Part shown: positions 36,919 to 47,241 of the stretch, piece after piece
How the letters are laid out: the number at the start of each line of letters is the position of its first letter
Position numbering within the stretch: position 1 is the stretch's first letter
DNA from: Candidatus Parvarchaeota archaeon
GTDB taxonomy: Archaea; Nanobdellota; Nanobdellia; Parvarchaeales; Parvarchaeaceae
Length of the DNA stretch: 64,000 nucleotides
Reading direction: 5' to 3'
Assembly: GCA_023380615.1 (NCBI GenBank)
Contig: JAMCRO010000019.1
Location: 1,706-65,705, forward strand
Notes under the pieces: generated by a model
Databases searched by the model: none
What the model was told of the DNA's origin: nothing
Seen by the model: only the letters and a program-made list of their open reading frames with translations
Position numbers and translations under genes: made by a program

Positions 36919-38388
36919 TTAATTTCTAGATCTTTTAACCGCATCAACCCATTTATTATATATAGTGTTATTGGCTTTACTGTCCTTTTTTGGATGAAAA
37001 TACCTGCCAGATCTATTTAAATTTTTTATGCTGTTGAAATCCCATATTCCTGAGGACATACCTGCTGACAATGCTGCACCAAATGCGCTTTCTTCCACTA
37101 AATCCGACCTGTAGATCCGTTTTTCCAATAGATTCGCCTGCAACTGCATTATGTAATCATTGCTTGCAACCCCGCCATCGACATTTATTTTATTATTGAA
37201 GTTTTCCATTCTTTTTATTATGTCAACGACCTGCATGCATATTGAGTATGCTGCAGCTTTTATGAAAGCAAGTTTATTGGATTTCCTTGTTAAGCCTATT
37301 ATTATACCTCTTGCAGATTCATCCCAGTAAGGGGAAAACAACCCGCTAAATGCAGGCACTAAGATAAGGTTGGTATCTGCATTGGCAGTTATTGCGTCTT
37401 TAATCTCTGAGAATGATTTCATTATGCCCAGCTCTTCTAGCCAGTCAAATATTTCTCCAGATATCGGTACAGAGCCTTCTAACGCATATATACAGTCATT
37501 TTTGCTAGTACCATAAGCACATGTAGTCAAAAGGCCCCTTTCTCTTTTTATCTTCCTGCCCGTGTTTTGAAGTATGAAGCTGCCCGTCCCATATGTAACC
37601 TTTATATCGGAATCAGAAACGGCTCTTTCTCCAAGCAAAGCTGCCTGCTGATCCCCGAGTACTCCCATTATCTTAACACCCTTAAAATTACCATAATTAA
37701 CGGTTCCAAATCCCTCGTTGTTTATAGAAGGCTTTATTTCCGGCAATATGCCTTCGGGTATTTTGAAAATATCCAGCATATCTGAATCCCATTCCTTTGT
37801 TCTTAAATTCATCAACGATGTTCTTGATGCATTTGTATAATCCGTTAAATGGTTCTTTTCAGTCGTTAATTTCCATATAAGCCAGCTGTCAATATTCCCT
37901 GCCAATACGCGCTTTTCTCTAATTAATCCCTTGATTTTATCTGAGTTATCAATTAACCACTTTATCTTGGAAGCAGAGAAATAGGTACTCAGTTTTAGAC
38001 CAGTTTTCTGCTCTATTTCCCTTTCACCGTAGTTATCTTTTATCTTTTTTATCAGATCCTGCGTACGCATATCCTGCCATACTATTGCATTGCTTAATGG
38101 CATCCCGGTTTTCTTGTCCCACAGTATTGTTGTTTCCCTTTGATTGCTTATTCCCACCGCAATAATGTTTTTAGCTTCTAGCTTTGCAGAATTAACAGCA
38201 GAATTTAAAACAAATTTAACATTGTTTAGTATCTCCAAAGGATTGTGCTCTACCCAGCCTTCTTTTGGCAGGATTTGTCTATGTCTCTTATATGCTTTAC
38301 TTATGACCTTTCCGTTTATATCAAATATTAAACATTTTGTACCTGTTGTTCCCTGGTCTACTGCTGCAATATATCTATCATTTTGCAT
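36919..38388 (-). CDS. glpK: glycerol kinase
   Basis: YIAAVDQGTTGTKCLIFD (FGGY N-terminal motif) is present. 489 aa from the second Met. The ORF-track start (38412) is 8 codons upstream and overlaps glpQ. Confidence 0.85.
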   Translation of the reverse strand: MQNDRYIAAVDQGTTGTKCLIFDINGKVISKAYKRHRQILPKEGWVEHNPLEILNNVKFVLNSAVNSAKLEAKNIIAVGISNQRETTILWDKKTGMPLSNAIVWQDMRTQDLIKKIKDNYGEREIEQKTGLKLSTYFSASKIKWLIDNSDKIKGLIREKRVLAGNIDSWLIWKLTTEKNHLTDYTNASRTSLMNLRTKEWDSDMLDIFKIPEGILPEIKPSINNEGFGTVNYGNFKGVKIMGVLGDQQAALLGERAVSDSDIKVTYGTGSFILQNTGRKIKRERGLLTTCAYGTSKNDCIYALEGSVPISGEIFDWLEELGIMKSFSEIKDAITANADTNLILVPAFSGLFSPYWDESARGIIIGLTRKSNKLAFIKAAAYSICMQVVDIIKRMENFNNKINVDGGVASNDYIMQLQANLLEKRIYRSDLVEESAFGAALSAGMSSGIWDFNSIKNLNRSGRYFHPKKDSKANNTIYNKWVDAVKRSRN

Positions 38389-39109
38389 ACTTTTTAAGTG
38401 TACGCAGTACAAGTCTTGGATTGTTTGAAGTTATGCTGTCAACCCCCAAATCTATTGCTCTTTTTATGTCTTCTGGGTTATCTACAGTCCAAGCCGCCAC
38501 TTTAAAGCCATTTTTTCTGGCAATTTCGATGTCATCACCGTAAACTAGGTAAAATGCCGGCTGCAAAAAATTTATTTTAAGGTTTTTAGCGATATCGATA
38601 AACCAGGAGGATTTACCAGTATAGAGCAAACCTGTTCTAATTGTTTTGTCCAACTTCCTCACGATTTCCAAAGAATCAAAGTCGAAGGATATTATTTGAA
38701 CGTTATTCTTTAGATTAAACTCGTCTATTAAATCTAACATTTTTTCTTCTATGCCAGGATAAACCTTTGAACTTTGTTTTATTTCAAGGTAATAATTTAT
38801 TCTTCCCAATCCTTCAAATACTTCCCTTAACGTGGAAACCCTTGTTCCCTTCCATTTCTTACCGAACTTAAAACCCGCATCAAGCTTTTTAATCTCTTCA
38901 AGGGTATGCGAATGAATCAAACCCTTGCCATTGGTTGTTCTATCCAATGTCTCATCATGCATTACAATTAATTCACCGTCCTTGCTAGTGTGTAAGTCCA
39001 TTTCTACGCCGTAAACTCCTAGCTTTTTAGCAAGTTTAAACGAAGGCAATGTATTTTCAGGAGCTTCTATTGCTGCCCCCCTGTGTCCATAAACTAATGG
39101 CATTTCCAT
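38378..39109 (-). CDS. glpQ: glycerophosphodiester phosphodiesterase
   Basis: YGHRGAAIEAPENTLPSF (HR...EN motif), HDETLDRTT, and a GDPD TIM-barrel size of 243 aa. Confidence 0.85.
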   Translation of the reverse strand: MEMPLVYGHRGAAIEAPENTLPSFKLAKKLGVYGVEMDLHTSKDGELIVMHDETLDRTTNGKGLIHSHTLEEIKKLDAGFKFGKKWKGTRVSTLREVFEGLGRINYYLEIKQSSKVYPGIEEKMLDLIDEFNLKNNVQIISFDFDSLEIVRKLDKTIRTGLLYTGKSSWFIDIAKNLKINFLQPAFYLVYGDDIEIARKNGFKVAAWTVDNPEDIKRAIDLGVDSITSNNPRLVLRTLKKYAK

Positions 39110-39168
39110 TTCAATCTTAGTACTTTAACGAATTTAACGCTATCTAACTGTTGCTATAAAACGAAAAA

Positions 39169-39564
39169 TTACTTATTTTTCTTTTTTGTTTTAAGAAATT
39201 TTATATAGCTAAGAAAGGATTTTGGATGATCTATACTTGTAAACGTTACAAAAAAGCAAGCAAGTGCCAAAATTGCGATGCCACTTAAAAGCTCCCAAAT
39301 ACTCAAAGGATTAATAAAAAAACTGACTATAAAAGCAGATATGAAGCCTATAGCCAGAGAACTGCCTGCTATCACAAGAAACAAAAATGCAAGTATGTAC
39401 CTTTTTGGATTATTAAACATGTACGTACCAAAAAACTTGTTTGCTTCTTCTCTGGAACCATATTTATAAGAAGATAACATAAAATAAACAAAGCCTAAAG
39501 TAGACACTAAAATTATTGCTCCTGAAATAATCCCAACTAAGCCAAATACTTCGTTTTCTATCAT
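39169..39564 (-). CDS. small polytopic membrane protein (second gene of membrane cassette copy A)
   Basis: Four hydrophobic helices. The start overlaps the stop of 39561..39926. It resembles 47809..48126 and 49026..49331 in size and position. Confidence 0.45.
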   Translation of the reverse strand: MIENEVFGLVGIISGAIILVSTLGFVYFMLSSYKYGSREEANKFFGTYMFNNPKRYILAFLFLVIAGSSLAIGFISAFIVSFFINPLSIWELLSGIAILALACFFVTFTSIDHPKSFLSYIKFLKTKKKNK

Positions 39565-39926
39565 ATAAATCTTTTAAACCTCGTATACCAAAAATGCATA
39601 TCCAATATAATGAAAACCGAAGCAATTACAGCAAAAATAAAACCCAAAAAGAATGTGGAATACTGCAAAATCGTTGTTGGATTAAACCCTCCGTCAAGAA
39701 AATCCGAAAAAGCCATTAAACCTGTAAGAAAGGCAAATAAACCGGCAAATACAAAGTAAGGAGTTCTTATTTTTTCCGGATTTAAAAGATAACTTAACAA
39801 GGGGGCCTTGTCCTTTTTATGTTTTATCAGCGCTCTTAATATTATCATGCCGTAGTAAACCGCAAAAATGCCCAGTACGCTTAGTAGTCCGAAAATTACT
39901 TCATCTGCTGTTTTAAGGTATAACAT
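39561..39926 (-). CDS. small membrane protein of the KH(K/R)KDKAPL family (cassette copy A)
   Basis: ALIKHKKDKAPLLSYLLNPEK aligns with VLYKHKRDKAPLVSWALNEKD (48123..48470) and AIFKHRKDKAPLTSFFLNKDS (49328..49693). All three have a TM helix on either side of this motif. Confidence 0.5.
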   Translation of the reverse strand: MLYLKTADEVIFGLLSVLGIFAVYYGMIILRALIKHKKDKAPLLSYLLNPEKIRTPYFVFAGLFAFLTGLMAFSDFLDGGFNPTTILQYSTFFLGFIFAVIASVFIILDMHFWYTRFKRFI

Positions 39927-40327
39927 TAAATCACCATATAATAAGCAATTAAGGTAAGGATTATTGTAAGCGCCGCTGCAGATATTAGTGAATAAGCAAT
40001 TAAAATTCCTGCTTTCTTTAAGTCTATACTATGCGAGAGTTTATTCTTTATTGAACCTTTTTTAGTATCGGAAAATACATAAATCCCTGCAATGGCATTT
40101 GCAACACAGAATCTTTTGTATCCCTGATAAAAGCCGATAAACCCCAAAAAAAGCGGAAATATCAATAGAATAAAAAACAGATAGTCCGCTTTAAATAACG
40201 AAAAAAATGCAGAGAGTATTGCAGCCACAACGAAACCGACAAGCCCTGCCAGGTACCTTTTTCTTACCTCGTTAGGTCCGATATTACACCTTCCTGGAGA
40301 ATACTTGTTCATTTCGGTTTCTTTCAT
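39926..40327 (-). CDS. small membrane protein (YSPGRCNIGPNE N-terminus, 3 TM)
   Basis: It abuts cassette copy A, with a 1-nt overlap. The product is hydrophobic. Confidence 0.4.
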   Translation of the reverse strand: MKETEMNKYSPGRCNIGPNEVRKRYLAGLVGFVVAAILSAFFSLFKADYLFFILLIFPLFLGFIGFYQGYKRFCVANAIAGIYVFSDTKKGSIKNKLSHSIDLKKAGILIAYSLISAAALTIILTLIAYYMVI

Positions 40328-40421
40328 AATAATACTAATGTTTAGAGGTTAATAAACTGTTTGAAGTCTTGAATAAAGAAAACTAGCTTTTATAGCGAAG
40401 TGACTCATGATATAAGATAAG

Positions 40422-41222
40422 TTATAAATTCTTTATTTCATTGTAAAGAGCATCAATTGAATGCGCTTTTTCATTTGATCTGTACTGCTCTTCTGTTTTT
40501 TTATCCTGGTTGTTCATTATCCAAATGGAATCTATTCTATTTTCATTGGCCATTTTTATATCGGTATTTATCCTGTCTCCTATTATCAGCATTTTATCCC
40601 GTTTAATTTTATATTTTTTGATAATATAATCTACGGTAGACTTAAACGGTTTTCCGAATGTATAATCTGGGCCCTTCTTTACGGCCTGCGTTATAAGATT
40701 TATTATCAGGCCTGCATCAGGTATCTCCTTTCCTCCTTTGTAAGGACACAAAGGGTCATTATGTGTAAGCAGAAATTTAATTCCATTGTTTATATGATCT
40801 ATGTTTCTTCTTAATTTTTCATAAGTTAAATCTACGTCGAATCCGACTATCACTATTTCCGGCCTTTCCTTATCAAATACAAATCCTTTCGATAAAAGTT
40901 CCCCCAAAAAGTCATTGGAGATTACGCCATCAAATCTTTTTATCCCTTTTTTAATTAAAAAAGCCTCCACCAAATCATTTGGAAGCAGCAGCTGCTCTTC
41001 CTTTAGCTTAATTTTGAACATCTTACCCAGAAACCTTAACCTTTTTTCCTTGCTTTCCGAATCATTGTTGCTTAGAATTATGAACTTCTTGTTCATTTGT
41101 ATCAATTTACTTAAAAAAGCAGAAGAGGATGAAAATGGCTTGTCCCAAAGATATAAAGTACCATCTCCGTCCAAAAGGAATAGCTCTTTGCCTTTTATAA
41201 GCTCTTTTAGGTTGTTGTCCAT
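40422..41222 (-). CDS. HAD-superfamily hydrolase, subfamily IIA (NagD-like)
   Basis: FLLDGDGTLY (motif I DxDGT) and a late motif IIGDRINTDI (GDxxxTD) are present. Confidence 0.7.
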   Translation of the reverse strand: MDNNLKELIKGKELFLLDGDGTLYLWDKPFSSSSAFLSKLIQMNKKFIILSNNDSESKEKRLRFLGKMFKIKLKEEQLLLPNDLVEAFLIKKGIKRFDGVISNDFLGELLSKGFVFDKERPEIVIVGFDVDLTYEKLRRNIDHINNGIKFLLTHNDPLCPYKGGKEIPDAGLIINLITQAVKKGPDYTFGKPFKSTVDYIIKKYKIKRDKMLIIGDRINTDIKMANENRIDSIWIMNNQDKKTEEQYRSNEKAHSIDALYNEIKNL

Positions 41223-41259
41223 TTATTTTAACATCTCAGTCCGTACTTTTATAATTATT

Positions 41260-42459
41260 CTAATTGCCACTACCTTTCTTTAAAAGAAACACCGGAACTG
41301 CAATTCCAAGTGACACTGCTCCGAATAAAAATAGTATGAGCATTGACGGCCATACAGAACTTATGGGCGCATTGAAAATCACTACCTGCCTGAAAGCCTG
41401 AACTCCATAAGTCAAAGGAAGAGCCCTCGCTATGTCTGCTATTACCCCGGGCAATTCTTGTAAAGGATAAAGAACTCCGCTTAAAAACAGCATTGGAAAG
41501 AAAACTAGGTTTAGCAATAACTGCGAGGTTTCCTGATCTTTTGTCAGCGCTGTTACTAAAAGCCCTAAACCAAGAAAACCGAATATCCCCAGTATAAGTA
41601 TAACGGCAGTAAGCAAGATATTTCCGTTAAAACTCATGTGGAATAAAAGGATTACGAGTATTACTATCACGGCAGACTGTATCAAGCTTCTTATCAACTG
41701 TGAAAGCATCTTTCCTGTAAGAAAAGAACCGGTTCTTATAGGAGAAAGCATAACAGCCGTTATTGTGCCGTCTTCCTTTTCCCTGCTTAATGCAGAACCT
41801 AAAGCGGTTAACCCCGCCATCATGCTCAGCAGCATTATCAAACCAGGGCCTATAAAATCGAAATAATTACCTGAAAGTATGGGAAGAGAGCTTACAACTA
41901 CCGGAGAAATAACAAATTCAGGGTTTATTTTAGGTAAGCCAACCAGCTCTGAATTTAATTTATACACTGTTCCGTTGACGATTTCAGCAGAGAGAACACT
42001 TGACGCTGCCGATACCTTAGCATCTATATACTCCTCTAATGTCGGGGAAGTAGGATTTGTATTTGATAAGGAAAGGGTAGGCTGTCCGGAAAGGCTCGTG
42101 CTTGTGAAATTTTGGGGAAAGTACAGTATGGAATCGATTGTGCCGCTCCTTAAGGCGGATTCTGCCAAAGCCAAAGAAGAATAATTATCGAATGAAATGC
42201 TGGAATTGTACTTTACAAGAGACATGAAGGAATTACTTAAGTAAACTGTCTGACCGTTCAAAGTAAAGCCGCTGTCATTGTTTACTATGCCTATGTGAAC
42301 GCCATTGAAGCTGGAAGAAGACGGAAACATGAACCCAAAAAGCATGATTATAAGTATTGGAAATACAAACATCATTGCAAGCCTAAACGGCGTTCTGTAA
42401 AGCTCAGTTAAATCTCTTTTGGCTATAATAAACGCATCGGTTAACGCCTTTAATACCAT
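41260..42459 (-). CDS. ABC-2 type exporter permease
   Basis: An N-terminal TM is followed by a large extracytoplasmic S/T-rich loop and five C-terminal TMs (the ABC-2 topology). It lies immediately downstream of the ABC ATPase. Confidence 0.7.
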   Translation of the reverse strand: MVLKALTDAFIIAKRDLTELYRTPFRLAMMFVFPILIIMLFGFMFPSSSSFNGVHIGIVNNDSGFTLNGQTVYLSNSFMSLVKYNSSISFDNYSSLALAESALRSGTIDSILYFPQNFTSTSLSGQPTLSLSNTNPTSPTLEEYIDAKVSAASSVLSAEIVNGTVYKLNSELVGLPKINPEFVISPVVVSSLPILSGNYFDFIGPGLIMLLSMMAGLTALGSALSREKEDGTITAVMLSPIRTGSFLTGKMLSQLIRSLIQSAVIVILVILLFHMSFNGNILLTAVILILGIFGFLGLGLLVTALTKDQETSQLLLNLVFFPMLFLSGVLYPLQELPGVIADIARALPLTYGVQAFRQVVIFNAPISSVWPSMLILFLFGAVSLGIAVPVFLLKKGSGN

Positions 42460-43238
42460 TACATGCCCCTCCTCGGTGCGAGACTCATCTTTTCAGTCTC
42501 ATCTCTCAATTCAGCACCTGCATAGTGTATGAACACGTTTTCTAATGTTGCATTTCTCCCAAGTTTTTTCTTCAGATTCCTAGGAGTATCACAGGCCATT
42601 AAATTGCCGTGATCTATCAATGCGACCCTGTCGGAAAGTTCGTCCGCATCCTGCATTATATGCGTCGTAAGTATTATCGTGCTTCCCCTTTTGTTTATGT
42701 CCCTTATTTTTTTCTTTATAAATGAAACAGTTATCGGGTCTAAGCCAACAGTAGGTTCATCCAAAAAGAATACCTTTGGCTCGTTCAACAGCACTCTAAC
42801 CAAATCTAATCTCCTTTTCATACCCAAAGAAAATGTACCTACTGGCCTTTTTCTGAATTTTGACAGCTGGAACTCTTCTAAGCCTTCATTTATCCTCTGT
42901 TCAAGATCCTTCTTGTTTATTCCGTATAACCTTCCAAAAAACATCAAGTTCTCCTCTGCAGTAAGCGGTGGATACATAGTGACTTTTTCTGTTATAACCC
43001 CTATGGACTTTCTAACTTCCAATGCCTCTTTTATTACGTCATGTCCGAGTACAGATGCATGTCCGCTTGTCGGCTTTATCAAAGTAGTAAGCATGCTTAT
43101 CAAAGTGGTTTTTCCCGCTCCATTGGGGCCGAGAATACCAAATATCTCTCCCTCTTTCACCTTTAAACTTATCGCATTATCGGCAGTAAAATCTCCGAAT
43201 TTTTTTGTCAATTTGTCTGCGATTATAGAGTATTCCAT
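42459..43238 (-). CDS. ABC transporter ATP-binding protein
   Basis: Walker [11 protein letters not shown]-loop, signature LSLGMKRRL, Walker B FFLDEPTVGLD and an H-loop TTHIM are present. Confidence 0.9.
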   Translation of the reverse strand: MEYSIIADKLTKKFGDFTADNAISLKVKEGEIFGILGPNGAGKTTLISMLTTLIKPTSGHASVLGHDVIKEALEVRKSIGVITEKVTMYPPLTAEENLMFFGRLYGINKKDLEQRINEGLEEFQLSKFRKRPVGTFSLGMKRRLDLVRVLLNEPKVFFLDEPTVGLDPITVSFIKKKIRDINKRGSTIILTTHIMQDADELSDRVALIDHGNLMACDTPRNLKKKLGRNATLENVFIHYAGAELRDETEKMSLAPRRGM

Positions 43239-43240
43239 GA

Positions 43241-43495
43241 TTATTCTGCTTTAAGCCATTTCCTAGATAAAAATGCTCCTACCCCTAAAAATAAAAAGCA
43301 AAAAATGACCAAATACGGGAGAAACAGGAAGTTTGTAGGAGTAAGCAGCTTTATAGTGGTGGTTTTTCCTGCCCCATTCGGGCCAAGCAAGCCGAATATT
43401 TCACCTTTCTTAACAGTAAATGAAATGTCATCTACGGCCTTAAAATTGCCGTAACTTTTGCTAAGATTTCTTACATCTACTGTTATTTCATCCAT
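43241..43495 (-). pseudogene. truncated duplicate of an ABC ATPase N-terminus (Walker A only) fused to unrelated hydrophobic sequence
   Basis: The first about 52 aa ([46 protein letters not shown]) parallel the start of the adjacent ATPase ([42 protein letters not shown]). The sequence then diverges into [19 protein letters not shown]... Confidence 0.45.
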
Positions 43496-43496
43496 A

Positions 43497-44087
43497 TCAC
43501 TTTAGTAAACTATGCAACCTGTCCTCTATCATCTTTAATGCTTTCTTGTTTTCCTTGCTGAGAATCTTTTCCTTTTCCGATATAAACTCAGATAAGTTAT
43601 CTAAAGTTTCTATGGTCTCATCTATGCTTGTTCCCTCATCTTTATTCATGAAGGAAGAAGCGGATCTCCATGGGAACCAGGAGCTGTCCAGATACTCTTT
43701 TCCTTTTTCAGTAACTGAGTAATATTTTTTATTGTCCTTCTGTTCTACTTTCACAAAACCGCTTTCTGATAGGTATTTTAATATAGAGTATATACTTCCG
43801 GGAGAAGGCCTCCAGAAACCAAAGCTCATTTCATATATCTTGTCTATCATCTGTGCACCGGTCATTTTTTCCTTTGAAACCAGCATCAATATCCAATATT
43901 TTATACCGAAACCGCGGCTTATGCCGTGCATTGAGTGTGCAAGTTTATGTACCATATTCGGGTCTATATTGAATCCAAAGTTTACTTCATTAAAATCATC
44001 TTCTTTGTTTTTCATATTTTCCACCTTTAATATCGTTTTACGATATCTATTAAAGATATCTTTTATATTTAAATACTTTTCTGCCAC
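43497..44087 (-). CDS. PadR-family transcriptional regulator with N-terminal extension
   Basis: [50 protein letters not shown] matches the PadR winged-helix signature (W.PSPGTLYP.L..LE). Confidence 0.65.
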   Translation of the reverse strand: MAEKYLNIKDIFNRYRKTILKVENMKNKEDDFNEVNFGFNIDPNMVHKLAHSMHGISRGFGIKYWILMLVSKEKMTGAQMIDKIYEMSFGFWRPSPGSIYSILKYLSESGFVKVEQKDNKKYYSVTEKGKEYLDSSWFPWRSASSFMNKDEGTSIDETIETLDNLSEFISEKEKILSKENKKALKMIEDRLHSLLK

Positions 44088-44100
44088 AATATTTAAAAAA

Positions 44101-44108
44101 TTTATATA
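44101..44108 (+). promoter_or_regulatory. putative TATA box (TTTATATA) plus SD (GGTGA at 44132-44136) for the sod gene
   Basis: The TATA-like octamer is about 37 nt upstream of the ATG. GGTGA lies 5 nt upstream of the ATG. Confidence 0.35.
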
Positions 44109-44140
44109 CTATAACTGTGTTATAACTACTGGGTGATTTT

Positions 44141-44761
44141 ATGGCAAACTACGATGATCAGTATGAAGTGCAAAAATTAAATTATAAATCCTTAGAGGGA
44201 TTTTCTGAGAAACAGATAAGTTTCCACCATGATGTACATTATGCAGGCTACGTTAAAAAGAGAAACGAAGTACACAGCAAGCTAAAAACCGTTGATAAAG
44301 CGGCCGCAAATGCAAATTACAGCGAGTTTAGATCATTGAAAAAGGAGGAGACATTCAATGCAAGCGGACAGCTGCTCCATGAACTGTATTTTGAAATGTT
44401 TGGCGGAGACGGAAAATATTCTGAGGATATGCCGCTTATAAAAAAGATAAATGAAGACTTCGGCAGCTTTGAAAATTTCAAGTTAGATATGATGGCAACG
44501 GCCAAGGCGGCTAGAGGTTGGGCTATACTTTCAATAGACCCTACTGATAACAAGCTTAGGAATTTTTTGGCAGATGTACATAATGACGGAGCCGTATGGG
44601 GCTCAATACCTATAATAGCTTTAGACGTTTATGAACACGCTTTTTACGTCGATTATGGTCCTGACAAAGCCAAGTATTTGGAGCCGTTTTTCAATAATTT
44701 GGACTGGAAAAAGCTAAATGAAAGGTTTGTTAAATTCCAGAACGTTTACAAAAAGCAGTAA
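44141..44761 (+). CDS. sod: Fe/Mn superoxide dismutase
   Basis: HHDVHYAGYV (metal-ligand His pair) and DVYEHAFY (the D-x-W/Y-E-H-A-Y-Y motif) are present. 206 aa. Confidence 0.9.
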   Translation: MANYDDQYEVQKLNYKSLEGFSEKQISFHHDVHYAGYVKKRNEVHSKLKTVDKAAANANYSEFRSLKKEETFNASGQLLHELYFEMFGGDGKYSEDMPLIKKINEDFGSFENFKLDMMATAKAARGWAILSIDPTDNKLRNFLADVHNDGAVWGSIPIIALDVYEHAFYVDYGPDKAKYLEPFFNNLDWKKLNERFVKFQNVYKKQ

Positions 44762-44783
44762 TTAATGAAGATTGCTTAGGGGT

Positions 44784-45453
44784 TTACTCTTCAAGTCCGT
44801 GTATTCTATAAGACAAACTTAAGGAATACTTGTTTGCAAGGTCACTAAGCTTAGTTTTTAATTCGTATTTGTTTGAAAGCGTATAAAAATTAATATCAAT
44901 TGCAACCATTTTAGGATTAAAAACCTTGTAGCTTGAAGAGTAAACCAATGAATCCTTCTCCAAAAAGCTTTTAAAATCATTGGCTTTCGAAAAAACATCC
45001 AAATTCGGTTTTCCAAACAAAGTTAAACTGCAATCAAAGAGTAGCTCTTCCAGCCGCTCATTTTTTGGGTTTTGTACCATTGTCCTGCTTAAAAAGAATT
45101 TTGTATACATGAGCTACAGTATAGCCATATATCCCTGTTTTGACCTGCCTTTTGTCGTTAAAGTCTATGCTAAAACGGCTGTATTCTACTTTTTTAAGGC
45201 CTTTTTCGAAAATAGAATGCATATACTCCTTAGTAACTCCTTTCAGCTCTTCGGTGTTGAGAATATAAGAATAATCCAATACACTTTTATGGCCGTTTTC
45301 AAGGATATACGAAAGCTCCTCTAAAATCTTGGAATATTGCCTGCCAAATACTTTTTTAGACATCTCTTCAGTGGAAACACTGCACAGCTCCTCTAAAGCA
45401 TGCCCGTATTTGCTGTTATTTGCCTGCCCCCTGCTTGCTTTTTTATTTTGCAT
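44784..45453 (-). pseudogene. hypothetical gene apparently split by a frameshift (ORFs 45058..45453 and 44784..45110 overlap by 53 nt in different frames)
   Basis: Two same-strand ORFs of 131 and 108 aa overlap and are in an operon-like arrangement with the three hypothetical genes upstream. No family was recognised. This could be an authentic frameshift, a sequencing error or two overlapping genes. Confidence 0.3.
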
Positions 45454-45493
45454 AAAGCTCTATTAGATAAACGCTCTTATTAATACTTTTTTG

Positions 45494-46219
45494 TTATGAC
45501 ATGGGTTTTATGTTACTGCCCTTCCCCTTATTAAAGGAGTAATCAATTGAATTAAACATGTCCATAAAATCCGTAAATTCTATGGCCCTGCCATAAAATG
45601 CTATTGCAATGCTTGCTTTGTCTCTTAAAGAGAAAAGATTAAAATCGGTGTATGCCTTTGGATCCTGTCCGCTTTTCAACGTTTTCTTATACAGCAAGGA
45701 CTTTGCCTTTCTCGGGTCTAAGTACTTTTTGAAGCCATATGAAAAAAGACATGCATAATTTGCGTTTACAGAATGGACATAATCAAGCTTTGGAAGTCTG
45801 TTTGAAAGACTCACTTCATCTTTTAGTATCTTGTTTCTTGTATTGATAATGCTGTCATATTTTTTCCCCCACACATTACTTGCGCATAGGTCTTTCCCTG
45901 AATCCAATACTTTGTATATAGCTTCAAGCTCGTAGTCCTTCATTGCCTGAAGTTCTTTGTAGCTATTACTTACCATAAAAGACAAGTTCTTTTCAAGCGA
46001 ATTGAAATGATTGATATAACCGGAGAAAAATGGGCGCTTTTTCTTGTCTATTACCTGCTTGTATACACTTTTGTCTCCGCTTTTTGCATAAAAATTAAGT
46101 AATGATTCGGACATTATAGGCCCGAGCTCGGATAACAATTTATACAGATTAGAATCTTGATCTACCTCTTTGTAAGTTTCAACGTAGTTTGCTTCTTTTT
46201 TAGGGAATAAAACCTTCAT
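45494..46219 (-). CDS. hypothetical lysine-rich soluble protein
   Basis: The ORF is intact (241 aa). It sits 6 nt downstream of the 302-aa hypothetical. Confidence 0.4.
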   Translation of the reverse strand: MKVLFPKKEANYVETYKEVDQDSNLYKLLSELGPIMSESLLNFYAKSGDKSVYKQVIDKKKRPFFSGYINHFNSLEKNLSFMVSNSYKELQAMKDYELEAIYKVLDSGKDLCASNVWGKKYDSIINTRNKILKDEVSLSNRLPKLDYVHSVNANYACLFSYGFKKYLDPRKAKSLLYKKTLKSGQDPKAYTDFNLFSLRDKASIAIAFYGRAIEFTDFMDMFNSIDYSFNKGKGSNIKPMS

Positions 46220-46225
46220 ATGGAG

Positions 46226-47134
46226 TTACCTTATCCTGAATCCCGGATAAAGCGATTTGTATTTTTCAGTATACTTGTTAATTAGCATGCCCTGTTTAAA
46301 CTCTGCTAATTTTATACTGCGGTTTATTGACTTAACCCTGTGCTCGTCAGATGCAAAAAAGTGTGATTTTACATCTTGCTTGTTGATTGGATTTATGAAC
46401 CCTATTTTTGCTTTCTTATTTTCATCCCAATAAACGGTTATATTTTCAACGTAAAGATTATTATGCGATAATCCGTTCTGATTTATGTAGTTTACGGTCT
46501 CATTAATCTGATTCTTTATGTCTTTTAGTTCTTCCATCCTTTTTTTGTAAACATCTATCCTTGCCTGGTACTCTTTAAGGTACCTTTCACCATATGCAAG
46601 CCTTCTAATACCCTTCTTGAGTATAAACTTATTAAGTTCATCTCTTGGAATCAAATCCTGAAGAGAGGTTACCCTGCTTATGCTTTCAGCTATCAATTTT
46701 TCATCCCAGTCCTTGTAATTATTAAGATAATCCTGCAGAGAAACGGCCTTTGGAATGTAGCTTCTTACTTCACCACCCTCAAAAGACGTATTTATATAAC
46801 CAACTCTCCTGGATGAATCATCTACAATTAATGCAACAGGTTTTGGAAAGTTCTCGGGTTTCGCAGTGTAAAGGTCATTTAACAGTTTGTACTGCCTTGC
46901 AAAATAATCATCAAAAAAGCCAGTGTTATATAGGTTATTAAACTGAAGGTATTCTCTGCTTTTTACCTTTGGGAAGGAATCTGCTACACATCTTTCATTT
47001 ACTGACAGACCAGAATCATTGAAGTAATTTGAGCTCTTTACAAATTCCCTTTTCAAAGTTGGATTACCATCTGCATCGCTTTTATATGGTAGTGACTTAA
47101 GTAATTTTTCAATATCCGACGATTTCTTTGCCAT
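46226..47134 (-). CDS. hypothetical protein (weak kinase-catalytic-loop-like segment)
   Basis: The ORF is intact (302 aa). LSHNNLYVENITVYWDENKKAKIGFIN loosely resembles the HxDxxxxN ... DFG region with substitutions. This is speculative. Confidence 0.4.
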   Translation of the reverse strand: MAKKSSDIEKLLKSLPYKSDADGNPTLKREFVKSSNYFNDSGLSVNERCVADSFPKVKSREYLQFNNLYNTGFFDDYFARQYKLLNDLYTAKPENFPKPVALIVDDSSRRVGYINTSFEGGEVRSYIPKAVSLQDYLNNYKDWDEKLIAESISRVTSLQDLIPRDELNKFILKKGIRRLAYGERYLKEYQARIDVYKKRMEELKDIKNQINETVNYINQNGLSHNNLYVENITVYWDENKKAKIGFINPINKQDVKSHFFASDEHRVKSINRSIKLAEFKQGMLINKYTEKYKSLYPGFRIR

Positions 47135-47241
47135 ATCATTAATTTAATTACTTTTTAATTGTAAATCATAGATGATTTCTAATATAAATAGTTAACTGTT
47201 ATCGATATTTGACAAAGAATCATGGCTTTCAAAAAAGCAGC

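Noticed and set aside
42679-43254. 191-aa plus-strand ORF
   Set aside because: It is antisense to the ABC ATPase gene, which has complete Walker and signature motifs.
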